A stretch of 64,000 nt of DNA from Klebsormidium nitens. Taxonomy: Eukaryota > Plantae > Klebsormidiophyceae. A program made the translations under genes and the position numbers. The DNA lies in the NCBI GenBank assembly GCA_000708835.1, contig DF236957.1:415629-479628 (forward strand). Reading direction: 5' to 3'. The first letter of the stretch is position 1, and the number at the start of each line of letters is the position of its first letter. This document shows positions 13,031 to 25,700 of the stretch, one piece after another. Below the pieces are notes generated by a model. It ran no database searches. It worked only from the letters and a program-made list of their open reading frames with translations, and was not told where the DNA came from.

Positions 13031-14047
13031 TGTGGTTTCGCCCAACCTCGCCTCGCCCTAGCCCGTGTTAGAGATCAATTCTCTCCTGTTTAATGTGCCT
13101 CTTACAGACCAAAAAACAACCGGCGCAGGCCTCAACGGAGTTGTCACCGAACTTTTCCACGTTGATAAGAGTCGCGTCAGGACCTTCTTGCAACGACTCC
13201 CTGTATATTGCCTTTTCTGCTAGAAGGAAATAGAAACAGGGGCTGCAAATACGCAGCTTTCACCTGTCAAAAAGCAGGGAGTCCCTCTGAAAGGATCGTC
13301 CTTCCAATCCGCTTGTAAATATAGTTGGAGCTTTCCGTAATACTACTCTAGCAGTCCTAAGTTCCTTTGAACGAAGAGGGAGAGAACTCTTCCAGCCGGA
13401 TAACTCAAGTTCATGCCTGCGGAGTGACTGTTTAGGGGGCTTCCTTTTACAGCGCTGTATCTGTACGGTACTTCACATGTGTTTGACCATTCGCATGACA
13501 ATGCAGGAAAGTCGAACTGGCGGCTTGAAGCACGGCTAGCGAGATCCTGCTGGACGAAAGTCAACTCACCGCCGCGGTGCATGGGGTGGTGGTACAGGCT
13601 GTGCCGTAAGACATTCGCCATTGGGCTTCAGCGAGACTTTCGGGTAATTGTCCCTGAGCCCTTCGTCTGTTCTTCTGCTTGGTTAGACTGAGACTAAGAG
13701 GTTGCGCAGTAACGGAAGGCAGGTGCTTCCAGACCCGTAGGCACCCACTATACAGCCCACGTAAGTTGCCCCCCCATAAGATCAGCCAGCTGGGGCTGTT
13801 GCGGCAGCTGGTTGCTTTTTTGTTGTGCTGATCTCATGCGTGAAGAGTTGGTGGAGGCGTCGAGCTCCTCGCTGCGGAACCACCGGATCAGTAAGAGCAC
13901 CACTGTCGTTGGCCGCACCGCGTGTCTCCTTGAGGAACCGGGACGCTGCCCAGAACGTAGCCCGAAGCGCTCGAATGCGCGACAAAATATGGTAAGTGCT
14001 TAGGAACGAAGGCAAGAGGTAGAGCGCGCGCAGTTCTTGCAGCCACC

Positions 14048-15082
14048 ATGTTTCCCTGGCTGTTATCCGCGATCTGCTTCTTCAAAAGGCGGTCGAATCC
14101 TGTCATCACAGCATCGCAAAATGCAGCGCAGATTCCAAGAAATCAAGCATTGAAGCGGCCAAACGGCACAGTGATCGATACGGGGCGCGCAAAGCGACTG
14201 CGTTTGATGGGCTTTCATGGGATCAGTGAGTACGAAGAAGCAGTCGCCCCTAGAGAAAGTGCAGGTGATCAAACCAAAGCGGAAGTCTTCGCCTCAGAGG
14301 CCTTCTACGAAAGGGGCGTAATCGCAGTCAAGGAAGAGCGGCGCGCAGATGGCTTTGAGTGCTTCAGAGGGGGGGCAGCTTTAGGCAGCGCCCGGTGCAT
14401 GCTAGAGCTCGCGGCTTGCTTTGCCGAAGGCGACAGCTGTCCGCAGGACGTGATAGCCGCGGTCGCTCTCTTTAACCAAGCCCACAATCTCCCTGGTTTC
14501 GCTGAAGTGCTTGGGGCCGAGCTCGCTCGGGTGCAATACAAACTTGGCAAGAGTGCTTTCGATGCCGGATCGATCAAAGCGGTGGAGTTCTTGACAGCCG
14601 CGGCTGACTATGGGCACCCAGGCGCGCAATATGAACTGGGTACTTTGCACGAACTAGGCTGGGGGGTCGAGCGAAATATGGACGAAGCAATCGTCTGGTG
14701 GGGAAAGGCAGCCGACCAAAACGACCTTCTCGCGCTCTACAAGCTGGGAGAATGCCATCGCGATGGCAAAAGAGTTGCCCGAGACAGCGCAAAGGCAGCT
14801 GCGCTGTTCAGTAGGGCGGCCGAACTAGGACACGTCAGCGCGGGGTTTGAAGTGGGATGGTGCTACTTCACAGGATGGGGCGTCGCTCGCGACTTTGCGG
14901 AAGCGTTCCGCTGGTTTAGGAAGGCGGCGGAACAGGGCGACCGGACAGCGCAGTCTCTCGTGGCTTACTGCTATCGCTCTGGGACCGGCGTGACCAAGAA
15001 CGTGGAGAAAGGACTCGCGTGGTCAAAAGGGCGGGGGAAGGGAGGTTCCGTTCGAGAGCAACGGACAATGACGGAATGCTAA
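14048..15082 (+). CDS. Sel1-like repeat protein, single exon (344 aa)
   Basis: Tandem repeats such as AADYGHPGAQYELGTLHELGWGVERNMDEAIVWWGKAA and AAEQGDRTAQSLVAYCYRSGTGV. ATG lies in a GCCACCATG context. Confidence 0.85.
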   Translation: MFPWLLSAICFFKRRSNPVITASQNAAQIPRNQALKRPNGTVIDTGRAKRLRLMGFHGISEYEEAVAPRESAGDQTKAEVFASEAFYERGVIAVKEERRADGFECFRGGAALGSARCMLELAACFAEGDSCPQDVIAAVALFNQAHNLPGFAEVLGAELARVQYKLGKSAFDAGSIKAVEFLTAAADYGHPGAQYELGTLHELGWGVERNMDEAIVWWGKAADQNDLLALYKLGECHRDGKRVARDSAKAAALFSRAAELGHVSAGFEVGWCYFTGWGVARDFAEAFRWFRKAAEQGDRTAQSLVAYCYRSGTGVTKNVEKGLAWSKGRGKGGSVREQRTMTEC

Positions 15083-16715
15083 GTGAATAAGCGCAACGTG
15101 GACGCAGCGGCTATGTGGAATCAGAAGGCCGCGACGCGTTAGCATAGAACTTTCGACATCGCGGCGGGCCTAAAGCTTTATAAAGCGGCAACGGTGCAAG
15201 AAATATTAGAAAAAGGGCGTCAATTAGGCCAAGGGGGTCGAAAGTGAGGACACTGCTGTCAGGGCTTTGCTGAGAATGCTAGAGAAGGGACCGCTGAGCC
15301 AAAGAGCGTAGAGTGCAAGACTTAGATTGTGACCACACTCGCAGCATTACCTAGCCGAGTTCCGAGTCAGCATTTTGTTTGTACAGAAAACGCTCGCTAG
15401 AAAAGGTCTACTGGAAAGCAAGAATGGGTACCGGTAGTAGGAAAGTCTACCTGATCAGAGGTGCTTTAGTAACGGACTCGAAAGAAGAAACGAAAGCTAA
15501 ACGATTGATTGCTTTGGACCATCTAGTACTTCAAGTTGTCAGTGTCGATGCTCAAGAGTGCTTTCCGGCGAGTCTTAGGATTTCGTCGCGCCTGTGACTT
15601 GCATCCATGATTACCACATGCGAGTATTAGTTCGACAGTTCCCAGTCCCTTACATCGATCTTGAATAGAATAGGCGGTTTGCTCTTCCACGTCACGAGCT
15701 TTTGAGTCATGTTGAGTCGAAGATCTGCACATGTGTGTTTTGGAATACAAGCGTGACGACTGCGGCTGGTCTCAAATGGAAGCACTGCGTCGATCGGTAG
15801 TTCGCCCGGTCATGTTAATTTCATCATTTGTTGATTAGAAACGAGGTGCAGAGCGCCATTCGAAGATGCAGAGCGCCACTTAGAGATGATAACAAGTTCT
15901 GCTCGTACGGCTGTATGTACGATCGCAGTTCCTTGCCTTATACGGTATCTTGCATTTCTGCCGCCTTGATGCATGTCCGACACTTAGAGCCCGGCTTTAT
16001 ACTATGACAATTCTGTTTGGTTGGCCATGAGGATAGGCACATGGACTGCTGTTAATTTCAGTCCCCAGGCACAACCTAGTTGCATGTCGAAGTCATGGTT
16101 GGCCGGATACTTGAATAGGCAAGTCAGCTCGAAAGCGCCATGTAATATCTGCGATCATGCTGAATTTCATCGACCTCTGGATTGATTTGCAACGTACCCA
16201 TATGCCTGATCTGTAAGCACGTGGTACTTGCATGCATCTTTGTCGGACACCGGAAGTAATGAGCTCGCGAAAGGCGCTCCAGCCCAGAATCCAAGAATGT
16301 ACGGCGGGTAGCACCGGCCCAGTACGAACAGCCCTGGCTGGTTCGACCGGACCAATCTGCCGCGGAACAGTGTGCCCAATAAAAAACATATATGTTACAC
16401 GCTTGTCTCTCGGTCTCACCCTTGCCTGCGACACAAGGTAAGACTTCCTTGGCAATGCTGATTGCTGCTGCGTCTGACGTACCTCGACTGGCCAACACGG
16501 GGTTCCAACAACGCACCACTTGCGCAACTAGTTTACTGACGTTACCTAACCTATGACAACTAAAGCGATGTGATTTGACGCTACACCGATGCTTTTGAAT
16601 GTCAACCCAAGGACGTAGAGGCGTAAACGAGACACGAGTGATGTCGCAACGCTTAAAGCTACCCCATAATCACTAGAAACATTAGAAAGAACAAGCGTGC
16701 CATGCCTTGGCAAGC

Positions 16716-19700
16716 TCACACCTTCCTGGTTTTGTTGAAGATCCGGAATGCGAGGACTGCTAGGGCTTTGAACAAGAGAGTGAACGCTATCAAAGCCAGT
16801 AAATCATAGCCCCGCCGGCTGTAGGTCAAGTTCTGCAGATCACAGCAAAACAGAAGTGTCAAGGTCTTTCTTCGAGACAACGACAGCCTTGTCAACAGCC
16901 ATTCGGCGGTAGTCGTTACGAAGATAGTAAAGAGGAACATAAACGCCCATTGAGGACAAACTGTAAGGCTGTTACGAATAATTTCCCAACACCCAAAAGG
17001 AACATAGAGAGGGGAAGGAGCAGAACACATACGAAATGCACATGCTTCGTCACAAGCTCACAACCTGCCAAAGCGAAGAGAGCCGACGACAACGTAAGAC
17101 TACAGGACGGGGGAAAGGGTCTCGCATTTAAACATTCTCCCTGCATTACCGGCATCAAACAGTTCTTCCTTCAAGCGACGGGACGAGCCTTCGTGAATCG
17201 CACTTGTACCCGTCTCTAAGCGATAACGGCAGCAAACGAGGGATGTAGAATAGAGTTATCGCACTCACCCATTCTCCCTGCACAACCGGCCATGTGATCC
17301 GGTTAAAGTTCGGATGGTCCAATAGCCGCTCACAGCGGCACTGGGGGCACGCGTTCCCGTCGATGAGGCAACCCGCAAGAATGCAGTTCGGCGTGCTAGT
17401 GTTGCAGTAAAAGGCGACACTAGCGAGACAGTTGAACGCGTACTGGAGCGGGTTAAGCCAGAAAAGCCAGACGTAAAAGTCGGGGATGTTGGCGCGGTTA
17501 ACGAGGTAACCCGAGGTTAGGCTCCAGAGGGTGGTGAAGAAGGTGAGGATGAGCGCGGCGACCTGGGGAGGGTTAAGAAGAGGGTTAGGGCGAGACCACG
17601 AGGGACGGCAAACACTCGGGGGGTTCAGCAAAAAGATAGGAACGATTAGCAGCGACAAAGGGACTTTGGGTAGCTGCAACATTTCCTCGAATGGAGACGC
17701 TGAAGAGAGCAGGGTACAGAAAAGATGACGATGGAATCGAACAAAGAAAAGAACGCCCAGAGAAGGGAGAAAGGCTATAAGGATCATGATGTTGTTTCTA
17801 ACCGGGGCAGGTAGCGTGCATCTCACAAACTTGGAAGACGAAGAAAGGCTGGTGTACAATGAAGCCACATGTACCGATCTCGGGTGGCTTTGAGCAGTTT
17901 TTTGGGCAGTGCGAGATGCATCTAGACTGTTAGCGCGCTCTTCACCAACGGAACCAAGCACACTAGATGCAAGAACTAGATGCAAGTCATAGACCAAAAA
18001 TTGTTAAGCGCTCGAACTTTACCTTGGCGTTGAGCGCGACCTCGGCCACAAGCAGCCCGAAGTAGACCATGGCCAGGGTGTAGAGAAAGACGGCTGCGAG
18101 TGACGTCAGGAAAGTGGTGCCTGACGTCAGCGCGATGTCAGCCATGCCGTAGACGATGATGGTGAAGATGAAAGACGTCACCAGCAGGAAAGGCAGCTGC
18201 AAGAGGAGAAGGGCATCGTTAGGAGGGGGGTTACGGATAGGGTCAAATGGGCTTTTGGGAAAGGCCGAGTCCGTGGCCCAAGAAGACCTGCCACAGGGAC
18301 ACCCTTAATCCCTACAAAGGTCGACCACAATCACGCGGTTCCTCACAGGCTGCTCGAGTAAGGAAATGGACAATATATTGGGCTCAGAGTACTGTCTGCT
18401 CGGCCTAGAGGGTTGTCAAAGCAATAAGAGTACAGGGAAGCAAACGGAGGATGTGGTCGGCAAAATGGCAACTCCATTGTCTCAACAACGATACCAGGCG
18501 GGACGCACTTGGGCAATGAGAGGGAGTCAGCGAAACGCTGCGGTCTTCAAAGTGCAAAACAGCGCAATCTCAACAGCACCACCCGATGCTTTTGGAACCA
18601 CAAAGGCTGCATCACGGATGTCAAACTAGGACCGCCTCAAAAGAAGATGCGCCCACCTCCGCGAAACCCCAGGCGAGGCTGTAATTGAGCGCGCTGTAGG
18701 CCGACACGTGGCGCTCTCGCAGGTACATGGGCTGCTCGCGGTTCCAGGCCATCACCACAAACACCGCGTTCATCAGGCCGAAGAGTAGCACGGCGAGGTA
18801 GATCACTCCGACACGTGACACCACGCCGGAGGTAGTGTCTTGGCCAACCTGCGTGGGAGATAGCGAGTGTCAAGCCAAATGTATGGGTTGTGGAAAACAA
18901 AGTCAAGAAGTGAGTTTCCAAGGTTGAAGAGCACAAGAAACGACGAGAACCGAGCCGGAATTTGTGTCTGGGTCAAAATCTGGAAGGACGTATAGAATTT
19001 GAAAGGACAGTGGTACGGAGTTTGAGCAAAGAATCTAGTTTCGCATTTGTCAGCAGAATAGCAGCACAGACAGGTGTGTCGCGCTCCCGCGTGACACAAT
19101 GTCGTAGCGTGTGCCTTGACCAAGCTACAGAAAAGATGCGCTGGCGTCAACAGGCACATAAGGGGTGGTCAGAAGGAGCACCGAAGCTACAGCAGATCTC
19201 ACCTTGAAGCAGAGCGAGCCCAGGATGAGCGCGAGTAGGATGCCCATGAGCGCGCGCCCGAAGCTGTTGTTCACGTTCCGCCAGAAGGTGCGCACCGCGC
19301 GCTTCGTCACCTCGCCCTGCCGCCGCCAGGGGGGCGCCGCATAGCCCTGCCAAAAAGTCAGCGGAATGACGTCAGCAAAACGCCTCCTTAGGGGCCCGTC
19401 CCGGCACAGACGCATCGAAGTCGTCTGAATGCAAGTTTGTCATCAGAAATGCCCCTCCCCGCCATTATTGCGGTCAGTGTCTCTACTTGATACAATTCCA
19501 AACGGTGCCTTTCGAACTTGCTTCGACTCTCATGAAGGGCGTATGACCCCACGAGAATCGCTGTCATCCAACAACTAAGAAGGTGGAGCGTTTCAAAACA
19601 AGATACTTCAAAGCTGAAGAAAAGGCGGAAGCACACGGAAAGCGATGGACCGACCTCTTCCGAAAAGTCCGGCCCCGCCTCGCCCTTGCTCCAGCGCAGC

Positions 19701-22700
19701 GTATCGAGTTCCTCTGCATTGACGTCATACAGCTCGCTCTTCTTGTAGTCTATAGCGTACTCTCGGTGCGCCACGCGCGTAATTCCGGCGCCGATTACCT
19801 CCATGATGTACGACGCGGGGTTCTGGTTGTCGCCGCACGCGACAGTTCCGGGTATCGCCTGAGACATGGGGAAGGATATTCAATATGGATGATAAGAAGA
19901 TTGGTGCAATCTGCTCGATTGAAGCGGAGGCATGTTGACAGCGGATCCCGAGGACCTGCTTGTGACGATGCTGGATTCCGATTGGACTGCAAAAAGGTAA
20001 GAAATTTGAGCGTCTGCACTGCATTGTCGCGACAAGACTTTATGCCGGTCAAGGTTCACCAGCCGATATTGAGCTGCAAAATTGCAGAGAAGTGAACTCC
20101 TGCATCTATCGATCTTGACAGTTTTTGGGAACAACATGTCAGGAAAGGAACGCACAAGCAAGCAAGCCCGCCGCAGACCACTGAAACCCAGAGTCAGCAA
20201 AAATGGCCCATAAACAAAGACGCCAGCCCACCTCGAAGTATTTGACCACGTTTTCTCCGTCAGGCCCGATTGGCCCGAAGAAGACGGTCTCCCCCCCGAA
20301 CTTAAGCAACAGCAGCATGTCGAATGCGGAGAAGAGGCGCGCGCTGGGCTGGTGTGACGTCATCACAATCGTCCGCCCCGTGTTGGCGATGTTGCGGATG
20401 CCGCGCATCAGCCGCTGCGCGCCGCGCGAGTCCAAACCGCTGCAAGGGTAGCGAATAATTTCATAATGAGCGAGCGAGTTTCTCAAGAAGCAGTCCTTTC
20501 TTGTTTGTGAGAGATGGCAAGACCCAACGTTGTCTTCAGGATCTGAGTGGTTTGCCAGACCTCTTTGAAAAGGAAGGAACGCTGAAAGCGATGGCTTAAT
20601 AACTAGGGAAGGTTTGGCAGCCACTTCTCGACTCGATTAAGAAGCTGAAGATTGAGTCGACGAGAATCCCCGACCCGTGGATATTCATGGATAGACAGCC
20701 CAAAGCACAACCAATCACCACAAAAAGGTTCGTCGAGTCTATTGGATCCTTGTGCGGTTACTCACGCTGTCGGCTCGTCGAAGAAGATGATGCTCGGGTT
20801 CGCCGCGAGCTCCGTGGCGATGCTGACCCGCTTGATCTGCTCGATGCCCAGGCCCACCCGGGTCGGGATGCCCACCAAAAAGTTGCGAATAGGCAGCAGC
20901 TCCAGCACCTCCATCACCTGGGGGGATACAATTTGCCTTCTGTTATGCCCCCTTCCGCATTATTTGAAGGTTTTAAGCATCGGAACTGAATCAAAATAAG
21001 ATTGCCCACGAAAGGAGGCGAACGGAGATATCGCTCAGAACAGCTTGCTTGCACTTATGGGTCTTATGAAGGCCCAACTTCTGAGAATAGCAAATTGGAT
21101 CGCATCCAGCGTAGGAAAGTCTACTGCAGAAAGGCTTGGAAATACATTTCATGGTCGAGTGAACTTGACGCCGCGCACCACAGCTCAACAAAAGCACAGA
21201 TGCCCCCAAGGCCTTTGAATATCTGTGGTACAAAGCGGTCCGATTTGCGTCGAGACGTGAAATTTCGAGACGTTTTAAGAACCCTAAAACCCTAAAGCCC
21301 TAACACCTTAAAACCCTAAAACCCTAAAACTCGACGCATGCATGTTCTCAACCGCAAAAAGTCTCGTCCCGCTTTCTATCGGTACTCTAAGACCAGCACT
21401 TTTCCGCTTGGTGCAAGAGGAAGGCCTGCAACAGATTCCGGAGTGGGGACAAGCCGAGGCGGCCTCACCTCGACGATGAAGGCCTGCAGATGCTGGTCGA
21501 GCGTGCTGCTCGGCAACCGCAGCCGTGCCGCGAAGCGCAGCGTCTCCTCGACCGTCAGGTACGGCGACAATGTGTCCTGAAGTGCGACGTACCTGAGCCG
21601 AGAAAGTACAGCCACGTTAGGGTTTGCAAATTGCTTTGAAATGTAGCAGCAATTGTGAGAGATTGGTACAGACCACTGAAGAAGAATACATCGGTGAGAG
21701 CTGCCGCCAGATGGGGGGAATGTATAAACTTGAAACCTGCAGGAACCTATGGGCTCGAGGTTCGAGTCCCCTCTTCATACATTGCAAGAGGAGCACGAAA
21801 ACCCAAACTTTGTTGACAGCAGAAGAACAATTTGCCAGCATGACTGGATTCAGTTCCTGAATGCCGCTTCGTAACCCACCCGCTGTAAACTCCGCTTGAT
21901 CATTACTAGCACGACTTGACTGCTGACAAGAAAACCACTCCTGGTCGAAATTATCTCGAAATCAAAACTTTTGTCAACCGTTATGTTTAAAACCTTACCC
22001 GGAAATGCGCTTGAAAGTGCTCTCGACCCGGTCGAACCCGTTCACGAGGATGTCCCCCGTGATGTGACCCTTCTGTTGCCCCGCCAGGACGTCTAGCAGG
22101 ATGCGCTTCCCAGCCCCAGGGCCGCCCATGATCGCGGTTATGTACCCGGGTTTGGCAAACCCGCTGACGTCACGGAGGAGGACCTTGGGGGCGTCGGGGC
22201 TGGTGCCTGGCACGGGGACCTGATAAGAGGAGACGAGGGGCGGACTTTCAGAGCAAACCTAGAAGAGGAGTGAGGAGAGGGTTCCTCGAGTCTTCTTTCA
22301 ATATCGGCGAGATTGTGGGCTAAGCGAAATGGCAATTCGATTGCGACTTGGGGCCGAAATATGCGCAGTTGCCTTCCGCTTTGAAATGGATGCCACTCTT
22401 CTGTTGCTCACAACCAGACGCTGACGAACATTACACAGGATTGGTTGCTCAATCCTTCAAAGCCGAAGCTGGCTTCAATTACCGAAAAGCAGATGCAAGC
22501 TGCCGCTTCGAATCACAGCAAATGAAGGAACCAAGAAGCATGTGCAAACCACTTTTGCGCAACTTGACAACAAGCATAACGGCCAGAATAAGGCAACGAG
22601 TGGAACGCCCAACTCACATCGTAGTGGATGTTGTGGAAGGACAGCGTCACGGGCACATACTCCAGGATCCCCGGCGGCTTGATCATGTTCTTATGCTCAA

Positions 22701-25700
22701 ACTCCCCGCTCATCCCCCCGTCCCGGATATCGATCTTTTCCAGGGGGGCCGGCTCGTTCGCCTGGTTTGCTAGATACTTCACCGAAAGTGGGTGTTCGGG
22801 TGAAGTAGAACCGAGCTGTGCCGCTTCTTTCCGGTCGGTCGGGGGCCGGCCCCCCTTGAGCTTGAAGCGCACCCGTTGGAGAGCGAACGCGGTAGCGAAG
22901 ATAAAGAGGAGGTAGAAGCCCGCGAGGGCGGCAACGCCGTACCAGACCCACGTGAATGTGACGGGGTACTGCAAGGGCAGAGAATTGCAGCGTTTCAGAA
23001 TCCTTACTTCTTTTCAATAACTTGATAGTGAAGTGTTGAGCTTTCTTCTGATGACATTTCAAACCGGCTAGGCCGTACCAAACCCACGTTGTCCTGATTA
23101 AACCTGTCGAAAGGAAAGTTTGAACTTTAGGCACATGTGATCTCTACAATACCATAAAAAAGTTCTTAAAATCCAGACTTGCAGGGGTTAAAGAAGTAGA
23201 GACGGCCGGGTGCTCGAAACACGATGAATCGACATCACGAATGACGGGACAGTGCAGAAGAGCGGAGCGAGATTTTGAGGGAGGGGGCCAGAATTGTGAA
23301 GAACCAGAGCGCGGGAGATAAGGAAGCAAGCACAGCGTCCCTGTACGACGTCTTCGAAAGCTTGGAAGGACAAAGAGCGTCTACAACCAGCTCACATTGT
23401 ATCCTTGGAGGTACGACTTCCCGAGCCGCTCGTCCGGCGCCTGGCAGTAGGTTGCGATCGCAAGCTGCTGCGCGGCGCAGATGGCGTTGTACTTGGAGGA
23501 GAGGAACTCGTTGAGAACGAGGCTCGTGTGGGCCCATTGCAGGGGCGACGCATAGTAGGCCCAGATCCAGCCCTTGGGCACCTGGTCCTTGACGACGAAG
23601 AAGCCGGAGAAAACGAAGCACAGCGCCAGCACCGAGCCTGCGGGAAAATGAAACTGGGTCAAGTCCAGAATTAGGGTTGTCAGAGAATTAGGGACGACTA
23701 CGCAGGGTTGGCTTTGAGGGAAGTGGGTTACAAGATTTAGTCATACTTGGCGCCCAAGACGCCGTAGAAGACGAAGCACAGCGCCAGCACGGAGCCTTCG
23801 GGAAAATGAACCCGGGTCAAGACCAGATCTAGGGTTTGCGGATAATTTGACGAGCTTGGTTTGGAGTTAGTGGGTTGGTTACTTAAAATAAGATCTGCGC
23901 CCAAGGAGCCGAAGAAGACGAAGCACAGCGCCAGCACGGAGCCTGCGGGAAAGTATTCACTGATCCCAAACCTAGCCTACGAACCAACTAGTGCAAGCTC
24001 TTGAATTGAGATGAATACGATTGGGTTGATTGCTTTCCTTAGTCTCCGGTCAAGATGCGTCAAGAAGCCGGAATAAGGAAGCACAACGCCAGCACCGAGC
24101 CTACCGGAAAGGAAGCTTTCTTGAGCACAAAGTCGGCGTTCAGAAAGTCCGAGCACGACCTCGTGACGTTCAGACGGACTGGGTTGACGTGGTAAATTTT
24201 CTTTAGGGCCAGGAAACGAACTAAGGAACTAAGGAACCAACAGTGCAGCGGATCGTGTTCGGCTCGAATAGGGAACCCGTCTGAGCAAAAGGCCGTTCAT
24301 GATCAGCCCCTCTACATTGCAGTGTCATCAAGGCTTATCAACGCAAAAATGCATCCAATCAGACACGCTTGACGAAAAGGGCCAGTACTAACCGGTGGCT
24401 GCGGTGGCCCTGTTTTTGGAGGGGCTGACGGTGACCATGAAGCGCACGAGCGCGGCGCCCACGAGGGAGACCAAAAAGACGACGAGCAGGAAGATGAAGA
24501 AGTGGGAGCCGCCGTGGGTGGCGGTGAGGCCGGAGAAGAAGTAGACGAACGGCGCGAAGAACACCACCTGGATCAGAGACAGAGTTTGTTGTAAGATACT
24601 TCAGGGGAGTTTTGGAGAGTGAAGAAGGTTACGTGGGCGCCGAGGCCGCCGACAATAGAGTTAGAAGAGTACAGACGATGCGGGAAGAAGGAGTTTGAGC
24701 AACGGGAGTCGGTGTCATTGAGTGCTTCGAAAAAGATGACCGCCTTGGCGATCAAAAATATGTCGTGGTCAATGCGTCGACTTTGAGGATTGCACAGCTA
24801 AAGTAGCGCACCGCCTCTCAGAAAAAGATGATACCGACCTGAAACTCCTCAAGAGTGTCATTGCTCACCACAAAAGGAAACGACAATCGGCATTCAAACG
24901 AGTGTGTCCAGAATGGCTTGAAATATCGAGCACTGCGAGAGAAGATTGAATCCCAAGGACCAAGTCTCGAGTTCACCATGTACGCTCACCTCAAAGACAG
25001 AGAACGGCACGCCGACGAGCATGCGTAGTAATGCATGGTTCTTAAAGAACCTCACGGGCAGAGCAGACAGAGATTATGCGCCGTGCGCCCTCACCTCAAA
25101 CACAGAGAACGGCACGCCGACGAACAAGGTCACAGAAAGGCACGGTCTCCCAGCATTACCAGATCTGAAAGAAAGCATAGAACAAAGTCTCAGAGACCGC
25201 CGAGCCAGCTCACCTCAAACACAGAGAAGGGCACGCCGACGAGCGTGTCCGCGATGACGTACGGAACCACCCGGAAAAAGCGTGCGTCGCGCTGCTTGTA
25301 CAGCACCTGCCGCTCGTCGAACTTTGCGGACACGGACGCGAGCGAGTTGAGGACGGGGATCAGGACGGCCGCGAACGTGATCGCGCGCCGCAGGTCGTAG
25401 CTCTCGCGGGACGGCGAGTTGGTCACCTGCCAGAAGATGGTTCCCGTCACCACGGCCAGCAGGAGCGCCTGCCAAAGTAGAGAGGAGCGTTTAGTCTCGA
25501 GAAAATTCTGTAGAACTTGGTAAGTTTGAATGGAAGTTAGATGGATTGGCTCAAGCGCAAAGAACCAGTCATTTGTCAGAAATGGAGCTAGTAATCATGG
25601 CGAGCAGAGCGGCCGCAGGCCCGAGAGGAGTTGGGCCTTTGTCGGGAACGGTGGTTTTCAATGTCGCTCTGTCGAAAATCTTTCAAACACTATTCGAAAA

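Noticed and set aside
16093-16527. Overlapping ORFs downstream of the ABCG stop
   Set aside because: No recognisable domain, codon bias or consistent splice structure.
21720-21780. tRNA-like T-loop GGTTCGAGTCCC
   Set aside because: The T-stem and acceptor stem do not pair and no D or anticodon arm can be built. At most a decayed SINE box.
23613-25242. CRISPR-like appearance of 35-40-bp repeats with spacers
   Set aside because: The repeats are copies of the host's own exon ends, spacing is irregular, no cas genes are present, and the context is a eukaryotic intron.
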